DNA from: Dictyostelium discoideum
Lineage: Eukaryota
Direction: 5' to 3'
Length of the DNA stretch: 64,000 bases
NCBI GenBank assembly: GCA_000004695.1
Contig: CM000154.2
Span: 4,288,001 to 4,352,000, forward strand
Shown here: positions 52,413 to 64,000 of the stretch, in pieces
Numbering within the stretch: position 1 is the stretch's first letter
Layout: each line of letters starts with the position of its first letter
Program-made: the position numbers and the translations under genes
Notes under the pieces: model-generated
Seen by the model: the letters and a program-made list of their open reading frames with translations, nothing else
Told to the model about the DNA's origin: nothing
The model's database searches: none

Positions 52413-52660
52413 CATATAACATAAAATTAACGCCAAATTAATTAAAAAAAAAAAAAAAAACTATCACACCAAAATAAAAATCCAGGTGCATGACATGTCC
52501 CAGCTCATAACCAGACAAAAATAATTTATTTTCATTTTTTTATTTTTATTTTTATTTTTTTTTTTTTTTTTTTAAACTTTTGTTTCTAAATTAAAATTTA
52601 TTTAAACTATAAAATTATTTTTAAAAAAGAAATTTCACTCAATCAAAAAAATTTAATATT

Positions 52661-52691
<31 letters not shown>

Positions 52692-52937
52692 TGAATACAA
52701 AAGAATATTATAGAAATAAAAATTTAAAATTATTATTTTTAAATTTTTTAGAAGCTTCATCATTTTCATCTTTATTTATAGTTTTTTATTTCAGTAAAAT
52801 CGAATATGTGGTATGTGGTATAATAAAAAAATAAATAAAATAAAATAAATTAAAAAAAAAAAAAAAAAAAAATTTAATTATTTATTTGAAATTTTAATTA
52901 TTTAAAAAAAATAAAATAAAAATAGACATTATCAATA

Positions 52938-53960
52938 ATGTTATTTTTAGGATCATTATTTTTTTTTACAAGATTATTGGTAATTTTATTTCATTTTCAT
53001 GTTGTTTGGCCATTATTAGTAAATAGTAAACATTTAGAATATAATAATTTAACAGAAATAAATGATAAATTAAATGAAATAAATCTTGACTCAAATAAAG
53101 TTCAAATATATTTTAATGGAAAAGATTCAAATTTTGAAAAATATGCAAATATTAGATTAAAAAATTTAATTTGTAACAAATCAACAATATTACCATCAAT
53201 AGATCAAATTTTAAATTATAGTAATAATAGTAATATTAATAATAGTAATAATAATAATACTGAATTTGAAAAAAAAATAAACTATATAAATATAAAATTC
53301 AAATTTAATTATTCTTCAAATTTAATTCCAAATGTAAGTTTTAAAAAAAATAAAATAATTAAATTAAAAATAATAATTTTATTAATAATTTTTTTTTTTT
53401 TTTTTTTTTTTTTTCTTTTTCTAAACATAGATTTTAGAAGAATTTATAAAAAAATATCCAAATGAATTAATTTGGCCAAATAGAGAATTATTTGAAATTG
53501 AAAAAATTGGATTTAATAATAATTATTTATTATGTTGTACAAAGCCCTCAAATTACTCTTTTAAGTTAAGAAAGGTATTAAATGTAAAATCGATTTTATT
53601 TGGTGTTTCTTGGTTTTATTATTATTTTTCATTTTATAGAAATTCAAATTTTAATGATATTATAATAGAGAAATCAATTGATTCAACTTTTCAACAATTA
53701 TTTCTTGATATGGAATATAATAAAATTTTATATGATATTGGTAAACAATTAATTTCTGTTCATAATGAACAATTTAAAACAAAACAACAAGATGATGAAG
53801 AAAAAAAAGAAATAGCAATTGTTGATGATTCTGTATTAGATATAAAACAAAATATTAAAGATTCCCTTGTAGATATTGTAATTATTGATGATCAAAATTG
53901 TAAACAAAAAACAACAATTTATGATTTTCCATTAATAGAATCAAATAATCCCATTTGTTA

Positions 53961-53961
<1 letters not shown>
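52938..53961 (+). CDS. Hypothetical membrane or secreted protein of about 309 aa. Exons are 52938-53333 and 53431-53961.
   Basis: Hydrophobic N-terminus. A GTAAGT donor at 53334 and an acatAG acceptor at 53429-53430 (phase 0) join the two ORFs. The frame is open from 53431 and continuous with ORF 53710-53961. A candidate internal intron of 65 nt is not divisible by 3 and would break the frame, so it is rejected. Confidence 0.55.
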
Positions 53962-53997
<36 letters not shown>

Positions 53998-54511
53998 GCT
54001 TTTTTTTTTTTTAATCTTGATTAATTTTTTCTGTTTAAAGTATACATTCAAAAAATTTAACACTATTTTTATTTATTTTTATTTTTATTTTTATTTTTAT
54101 TTTTTTGACATAAAAAATTTATCTTTTTTTGGTTTTTTTTTTTTTTTTTTTTTTCTCATACTAATAATATTAATTTGTGTGTCAATGTTTTTATGTGTGT
54201 GTGTTATATTTTCTGTCTATATATACACATTTTGTAATATTGAAATTTTATTTTAAATTTATTTTTATATTTATATTTTTATTAATTATAATTTAATTTT
54301 TTTTTTTTTTTTTTTTATTAATATTTTATTTATAATTTTTTTTTTTTTTTGAAGGATTGCACATGTCATCTATATATCATTTTTATTTATAAAGACGAAA
54401 TAAAAAATTACTAATAAAAAAAAATAAAAAAAACAAATAAAAAAAAAAATAAAAAAAAACAAATAAAAAAAAAAAACAAATAATAATAACATAGAAAAAA
54501 AAAAAAAAAAA

Positions 54512-55105
54512 ATGGAGGAAAATAATAGTTTAAATAATGATAAAAACAATTTTGTAACATTTGATCCAAGAATATTGTTACCACCACCACCACCATCATC
54601 ATCACTTGTTTATCCACTTTATACACCACCACAACAACAAGAAAATTATAATGTAAATTATAATGATCATAATAAAAATAATAATAGTATTAATACTACA
54701 ACTTGTTACAATGAAGAATTATATAAAGATAATTCATTTATAACATTAAATGATAGATTCCAAACAATTGAACAACAACAACCACAACAACAAAATTATA
54801 ATCATAATCAAGAGAAACCAATTGAATACACACATTCTTATGTTGTTAGTGATGATAAATTAAATACATTTAATAATCAATGGAATGCTTCTTCAACATC
54901 ACAACCTTATTACCCAATTATACCACCATATCAGCCAATCAATGATATTGCACCAACACAAGAGTTTGTTAATAGAGTTGCCATAAGACTTCGTGAAATG
55001 GAAATTGAAGAATCTAGTGACCCAAATGAAATTCATGAAGAAAATATAATGGATGCATCTATGAGCATGTTAATGTTTGTATTATTAATAATAATTATTA
55101 TTTAA
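54512..55105 (+). CDS. Hypothetical 197-aa protein, Pro/Gln-rich, with a hydrophobic C-terminal tail (SMSMLMFVLLIIIII-stop), possibly tail-anchored.
   Basis: ATG ORF. No in-phase donor could be found to link it to the downstream hydrophobic ORF at 55169. Confidence 0.5.
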   Translation: MEENNSLNNDKNNFVTFDPRILLPPPPPSSSLVYPLYTPPQQQENYNVNYNDHNKNNNSINTTTCYNEELYKDNSFITLNDRFQTIEQQQPQQQNYNHNQEKPIEYTHSYVVSDDKLNTFNNQWNASSTSQPYYPIIPPYQPINDIAPTQEFVNRVAIRLREMEIEESSDPNEIHEENIMDASMSMLMFVLLIIIII

Positions 55106-55168
55106 CAAATAAATTTGTATTAATAATTAATTTTTTTTTAAAAAAAAAAAAAAGATTATTATTAGGAA

Positions 55169-55348
55169 TGTTCTTTTTTGTACCATTTATCTTTTCAGTG
55201 CTTTATTTGAAATCAAGAGATAAATATGCTAGAAGATTTGCAATAGTCTCAATGTGTATTGGTATCGTTTACTTAATAATGATTGGAATTATGCCATTCT
55301 TAAAAGGAAATGATGATGATACAACTACAACTATAATTATCTCTTAAA
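55169..55348 (+). CDS. Candidate 59-aa two-transmembrane small protein: MFFFVPFIFSVLYLKSRDKYARRFAIVSMCIGIVYLIMIGIMPFLKGNDDDTTTTIIIS.
   Basis: ATG-initiated ORF just below the track cut-off, preceded by a ttattAG acceptor-like site at 55165-55166. It may be an independent small gene or a terminal exon of 54512-55105; the phases do not match. Confidence 0.3.
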
Positions 55349-55608
55349 TTAATTTAAATAAACGTATTTTTTTTTAATTATTCCATTTTTATTTATTGAT
55401 ATTAATTTTTTAAAATTTTATTTATTTATTTGTTACTTTTCTTTTTATTTGTTTTTTACCTATTTTAATAAAAGTGAAATTCCAAATTATCCTCCTCTCT
55501 CCCCCTTCTAATATTTATTATTAAATTTTTAAAAATTTAATATTATTTTTTTTTATTTCTTTCTTTATTTTTGAAATTATTATTTCTATATTTGATTTGA
55601 AGAGATGT

Positions 55609-55813
55609 TTATTTCTTTACTTTTGAAACCATACTTTTTGCCATACAATTTTTAAATTTTTCAAATTCAACTTTACAAACATTCTTTTCAATATTATCTA
55701 AATTTGATGTTACACATGCACCATATATTGACATCTATATAAATTATTATAATTAAATTAGTTTTGTATTTATTTAAATATTAAAATTATTATACATATT
55801 AATATAATGGAGA

Positions 55814-55906
<93 letters not shown>

Positions 55907-55976
55907 ATACTTCAAATGTACAATCACCTAATGACGATGCCACTCTTTGTGACCATTTACTTGTAGATTTTATCAT
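55609..55976 (-). CDS. Twin Cx9C (CHCH-domain) mitochondrial intermembrane-space-type protein, about 63 aa. Exons are 55911-55976 and 55609-55734.
   Basis: The spliced product is MIKSTSKWSQRVASSLGDCTFE | MSIYGACVTSNLDNIEKNVCKVEFEKFKNCMAKSMVSKVKK. Splicing creates C-x9-C ... C-x9-C exactly. There is a GTATAG donor at 55910 and a tatatAG acceptor at 55736-55735, phase 0. The 176-nt intron contains (ATT)n at 55815-55903. Confidence 0.55.
55815..55903. repeat. (AAT)n microsatellite inside the CHCH-gene intron.
   Basis: Perfect trinucleotide run. Confidence 0.9.
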
Positions 55977-56170
55977 ATCTCCTCCTCTGAGCTTTCAAAG
56001 AAAACAAAAATAAAAAAAAAATAAAAAAAAATAAAAAATAACAAAAAAATTAAAAATAAAAAAAAAAAAAAAAAAAAGATTTTTAATTTTGACCAAAAAA
56101 AAAAAAAAAAAAAAAATTCCATTCCACACACTCCACACCCAGGCACCTATATATATATAAATAATAATAA

Positions 56171-57073
56171 ATGAAAGTAGAATTAGATATTAGTGAATTA
56201 GAAAAAATATTTTTCAATAAAAAAATTTTATTTATTAAACTTTTAAATTCAATAATAGTTGTATCATTTAGACATATTTCAATTTATTCTCATTCACCAT
56301 TTACAACCAATTTCAAAGAAACTAGTAAAGATATTTTAAATATTTTGAAAAAAAATGGTTGTTTATCATTTCTTAGAGGTTCAATTTTTTATGATTTCTC
56401 CACTATGCTTGAAACAGCAATTAGATCATATATATTGAAATATTCATTCGAATTTGGTATTTTTCGAAATGGGGATAGTAAATCATTACGATTATCAAAT
56501 GAAATTTTGAAATTGTATTTACAGTATCCTAAAAAGATGTTATTCGATTGTTTAGTTTATTCAAAATCAACTATAAACATAACAGGTATTGTAAAATTGT
56601 TTTTATATTATTCAACATCAACATCACCATCACCATCATCGTCATTATCAATATTATCAGTATTATCACCATCGTCATTAAGTAAATTATATGATAGTAT
56701 TTATCATGGCTCATTTTATTCAATAATGTTGATGTTGTCATCTAAATTTATTGAAGATTATGTTTGCAATAAATTAGACTACTATTTAAATAAATATTTT
56801 AATAAATATAATCATGATAATAAAACAACCAGAATCATTATTAGATCATTGGTTAAATCAATAATCGTTTCACCATTTTATGTTATTGATTCAATTTATC
56901 CAAGTTTAGTAATCTCATCTTTAGTATTGGATCAATCAATCCCTAGATTGGTTGACCCAATTTCAATAGCAATTACAATTTATAAAAATCATGGTTTTAA
57001 TTACTTTTATAAAGGTTTATTACCACAATTTACTCTTGAATTATTTACATCTTATTTTAATTCTAAAAATTAA
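56171..57073 (+). CDS. Hypothetical 300-aa protein, Ser/Ile/Leu-rich.
   Basis: Single ATG ORF. No recognisable motif. Confidence 0.5.
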   Translation: MKVELDISELEKIFFNKKILFIKLLNSIIVVSFRHISIYSHSPFTTNFKETSKDILNILKKNGCLSFLRGSIFYDFSTMLETAIRSYILKYSFEFGIFRNGDSKSLRLSNEILKLYLQYPKKMLFDCLVYSKSTINITGIVKLFLYYSTSTSPSPSSSLSILSVLSPSSLSKLYDSIYHGSFYSIMLMLSSKFIEDYVCNKLDYYLNKYFNKYNHDNKTTRIIIRSLVKSIIVSPFYVIDSIYPSLVISSLVLDQSIPRLVDPISIAITIYKNHGFNYFYKGLLPQFTLELFTSYFNSKN

Positions 57074-57104
<31 letters not shown>

Positions 57105-57361
57105 ACAGCAAATCACAAGATATTTTTAAAAAAGTTCAAAGAAAAAAAAATAAAATAAAAATAAAATAATAAAGATATTGTTTTTTTTATTCATTCCAAA
57201 AGATTATTATTAAATTTTTTTTTTTTTTTTTTTTTTTTCTTTTTCTATCTGGTTATATTTTATTTGAAAATAATTTTATTTATTGCTAGAAATTAAAAAT
57301 ATGATGGTGTGCGGAGGGGAGGTGGGTAGTTAAAAATGGGGAGTTTGTCGTATGACCCTAG

Positions 57362-57402
<41 letters not shown>

Positions 57403-57566
57403 AAAGCTTTTTTTTTTTGAATAATTACAAAAATGACGAAGTGTCAAATTTAAATTTGACAGTTTCAGACCTTTTTTTTTGTTTATATTATTAGAAATTA
57501 AGATTTTTAGTTTGATCCGTTGTTAGGGATCTTTTTTATCAACAACACTTTAATTAATTTTAATTT

Positions 57567-57607
<41 letters not shown>

Positions 57608-57694
57608 TTTAAATTCCTTTTTTTTTTTTTGTTTTTTTTTTTTTTTAAAACAAAAAATAAAATATAAAAAAAAAATTTTAAAGTAATAAAAATT

Positions 57695-57972
57695 ATGTCG
57701 TCACTAAAACTTCAAGTTAATAGACCACTAACTCCTACACCGACTCCAACACCAAATTCAACTCAAACTACTGTAACACCATTAAAAAGAAGTTGTTATT
57801 TAGGTCGTGCTGGTCCTTACCATGATGAGTTACCACCTGGAAGAACTAGAGCTGAGGTTGAAGAAGCCAAAAAATTAGGAATTTGCTTAGAAGATATTAC
57901 AATTTATAAAATTACAATTAAAAGAGGAATTATAAATAAAGCAACTGATTTAAATGGTTTATCTGATGGTTT

Positions 57973-58067
<95 letters not shown>

Positions 58068-58100
58068 GTTTATAATTTAATAATTTAATTATTTAATTAT

Positions 58101-58156
<56 letters not shown>

Positions 58157-58598
58157 TTTATTTGTGATAGGATATTGTAAAATATTTAAATCATATAGAG
58201 ATGAATTTGGTGATCAAATTAGAATTAAATTATTTAAAACTCAGGTTTGTAAAAAAACATTAAAACCAGAATGGAATTATGAAGGAATTTATTCAATTTT
58301 TGAAAGTTGTCAAAATTTACGTTTAGAACTATGGGATAAATCTTTACTAAAGAATGATTACATTGGTTGTAAATCAATCTATCATAAAGATATTGAGTTT
58401 GGTGAACCATTAGAAGTTGATTTACAACTTTCATATAAAAAGAAAATTGAAAAAATTGTTGGCTCTGTCGTTATTTCCGTTGAAAAATTAGAAGTAAACG
58501 AAGAAAATAAACAAAAATGTTTAAATGGAACTAATCTTTATGATAGACTTCATGTTAAACCAAGAAAAATTAGAGTTCCTTCAAATTTCCAAAATTAA
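57695..58598 (+). CDS. C2-domain protein of about 233 aa with a Thr-Pro repeat N-terminus. Exons are 57695-57968 and 58171-58598.
   Basis: A GTTTGT donor at 57969 and a tgatAG acceptor at 58169-58170 (phase 1) restore GGA. The junction yields the C2 calcium-binding-loop motif ATDLNGLSDGYCKIF. The 202-nt intron is largely (TTA)n. The ORF track reads the microsatellite through as poly-Tyr. Confidence 0.7.
57974..58066. repeat. (TTA)n microsatellite inside the C2-gene intron.
   Basis: Perfect trinucleotide run. Confidence 0.9.
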
Positions 58599-58811
58599 TA
58601 AAATTAAATTTTAAAATTTTAAATAAAATATTTTTATTTAATATTTGTAATTACAATAACAATTTAATAATAATAAAAAAAAAAAAAAAAAAAAAAAAAA
58701 TTAAAAAAAAAAAATCAAAAAAAAATTTATTTTTAGTTTTTGATTAAAAACACCTTTTTTCACAAATTTTTTTTTTTTTTTTATTAAAAAATTGTTTTCT
58801 TCTTTCTCTCA

Positions 58812-61692
<2,881 letters not shown>

Positions 61693-61867
61693 TTTAATTA
61701 ATCTTTTTTTTCTTTTTGGCACCGTTGAAAGTAAAAACTATTTAAAATGATCACAAAGGATTGTGTTTTGGAAACAAAATTTTTTAATTTTTTTTTTTTT
61801 TATTTTTTAATTTTTTTTTTTTTTTTTTTGCTTTTTATTGATTGTTTTCTTCTCTCGATGGAAAGTG

Positions 61868-61971
61868 ATAAAAATAAAGAAATTCTATTTTGGAATGTTT
61901 TTAGAAATGTTTATATATTTAAAATAATTAAATCATATTTAAAAATAAAAACCAACTCTTTTAGAATTGTA

Positions 61972-62006
<35 letters not shown>

Positions 62007-63209
62007 AAGCAATAATTTATTAATTATTAAATATATATTAATAAATAGGGAGTATATAGTTATGATGAAATTAATAGCGTAGAATGGATGATTAAGAATA
62101 ACTATTACTCACTTTTAAGAGATAAAGTAAAGAATGGTGATCCAAATTTATCGTTTGTTTTAAAAACATGTTCATTACCAAAAAACAAAGATTTATTATT
62201 CTTCTCAAAGAGATTTAATTTAGATATTGAAAATGATATTGATTTTTCAAATAATCATTTATACACCTGTAATTTTATAAATACAAATTGTCAAAATAAA
62301 ACTTTTAATTTAGAAAAACCATTTAAATACTCACTTTTTAATATTAGTTATAATAATAATAACAATAAAAATAATAAAGAATTTTTAAACGATAAACAAT
62401 TTTATAAAGCATTATTTAAAAACTATTATAATTATTTTTTATTTCCAGAACAATTACAACTGCAACAACTGCAACAACTGCAACAACAACAGCCAATACC
62501 AATTAATGGTATTATATATAAATTAATAGTTTATTATGATAATGATATTGCATTAGATATAATAATAAATGAATATAAATTATTAAAATTATCAACATCC
62601 AATGATTACCAATCATTAATAATATTAGCAATTAATAATCATTCATTTAAAGTTACAAATTATCTTTATAAATCAATCATTGAAAATCAAATAAAAATAA
62701 ATTTTAATCATTCAATAATTTGGAAATTAATTTTTCCAATTTATAAAATTAATGGAATTGATTTATTATTTTATAAACTAGAAAATCTATTTTTTAGTAA
62801 TAATAATCAAGATAATAATTTAATAATTCATAAATCAACTAAAGTTGATCCAATAATTAAATATTTAATATTAAATAATAATAACAATAATTTAGAATTT
62901 AAATTATCAATTAAATCAGTACCAAAAGAACTTGAATTATTAAATTATAGAATCGATTATTTAGTATATCAAGTAACAGTAGAGACATTATTAAATTCAT
63001 GTTTTACTATTTCAATTCTAAATATATCATCAGAGATTTGGAAATTAAATAAATTAAATTTATGTACAACTAGTTTTGGTTCAAGTGATTCAATTACAGA
63101 TAAATTATTACAAGAAGATTATCAAATATTATCAATTGATCAACTAAATCAATATAAATCCAAGTTAATAAATTTAAATATTTTACCAACTATAATTAGC
63201 GATTTAGAT

Positions 63210-63276
<67 letters not shown>

Positions 63277-64000
63277 GTGTTGAATTTATAATTTCCAAAC
63301 TTATAAAAATGATTACATATTTTTCAGTAGATAAAAATACAATTAATAATCATTTATTTTATTCAATAATGTATTATGATCATAATAAAGATGATGATGA
63401 ATATTATAGTGGTAAGAATAATAATAGCAGTGGTGATAATTTAAAAATAATAAAGAAAAGAAACTTCTTTAAATTAATAACAGGAATAGAAGAGAGAACT
63501 ATACTTTTTAAATATTGTAAAGGTAAAAGAGAATTACAAATTCAATTTTTAAATTATTTTTTAGAAAATCTTGGAAAAACTGTACTTTTAAGTACATTCA
63601 AATTATTTATTGAATTAGATGTTCATTTAGAACTTATGGACATAATTACAAGAGAATTAAAATTAAAACTATTCAACAACATACCAACCCAACCACTCCC
63701 TCCTCATACTCTTACTCAATATTCTTCAAAACCAGTACAACAGCCACAACAACCACTTCAACCAATATTAGTATTTGAAACACCAAATTCAATTAGAATG
63801 TTTGATTATCTTTATAATAATGATAATTTACCGATGTACAGATTTGAAATTAGTGAAATTTTATTTAAAAATAATTTAGTATCCAAAACAACATCTTCAT
63901 CATCATCAAATGATTTCAAAAGAAATGAAAATGAAAATCATTTAAATAATAAATTAATAGCTATTTTAAATCATTTTAAAATAAACTATACATTAGATTA
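61868..64000 (+). CDS. Family member C, a tandem paralogue of B with about 90% amino-acid identity, truncated by the window end. Exons are 61868-61978 and 62059 onward.
   Basis: Exon 1 is MESDKNKEILFWNVFRNVYIFKIIKSYLKIKTNSFRI. A GTAATT donor at 61979 and an aaatAG acceptor at 62057-62058 lead into GVYSYDEINSVEWMIKNNY... The sequence tracks gene B block by block through position 64000, which corresponds to about 60930 in gene B. Confidence 0.6.

Noticed and set aside
53577-53645. Candidate second intron in the 52938-53961 gene, running from GTATTA to tatAG.
   Set aside because: Its length of 65 nt is not a multiple of 3, while the flanking sequence stays in one continuous open frame that matches the downstream ORF. 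Splicing it out would break the frame.
61747-62082. ORF 61747-62082 containing family-C exon 1 read through its intron.
   Set aside because: The conserved GTAATT donor at 61979 and the aaatAG acceptor at 62057-62058 give the same exon structure as paralogue B. The read-through adds only poly-Phe.

Overview
The window is a strongly AT-rich (roughly 75-80% A+T) eukaryotic segment with no prokaryotic features. It carries the signatures of a Dictyostelium-type social-amoeba genome: short AT-rich introns with GTAAGT/GTATGT donors and (A/T)nAG acceptors, long in-frame (AAT)n/(CAA)n tracts encoding poly-Asn/Gln, oligo(dA)/(dT) intergenic tracts and frequent TTA/ATT microsatellites. I found no tRNA or rRNA genes and no CRISPR arrays. 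About 30 protein-coding genes can be supported on both strands. Most are spliced, so the six-frame ORF track breaks them apart or hides first exons; I rebuilt exon structures by hand by following reading frames across GT..AG boundaries. Genes recognised by motif are: a LIM-domain protein, DNase II, a GATA zinc-finger factor, an RNI-like LRR protein, a mitochondrial carrier, Rab geranylgeranyltransferase beta, the TFIIIC B-block-binding subunit (about 2084 aa), a coactosin-like ADF-H protein, a CBS-pair protein, a TBC Rab-GAP fused to a B-box zinc finger, a twin-Cx9C (CHCH) protein and a C2-domain protein. The most interesting structures are the following. (1) A tandem segmental duplication of about 3.6-3.7 kb at 1-7450, each unit carrying a B-box/coiled-coil/poly-Asn/FNIP-repeat gene with a TRIM-like modular layout; one copy is intact and spliced, and the other is pseudogenised by a nonsense mutation and a lost splice acceptor. 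(2) A tandem pair of 56-aa secreted cysteine-rich peptide genes that are too short for the ORF track. (3) A family of three large Asn-rich paralogues, one at 17.6 kb and a near-identical tandem pair at 58.8-64 kb. (4) A coactosin-like gene with a decayed tandem pseudocopy whose intron microsatellite has expanded. (5) A 121-aa ORF with possible E/R/H spacing of a microbial RNase fold. (6) Several small genes found only by splice reconstruction, including a hidden CHCH gene and a 64-aa two-exon gene. (7) An approximately 230-bp element with 28-bp terminal inverted repeats, plus other dispersed repeats and palindromes. All coordinates below come from manual frame tracking and may be off by a few bases at splice sites.
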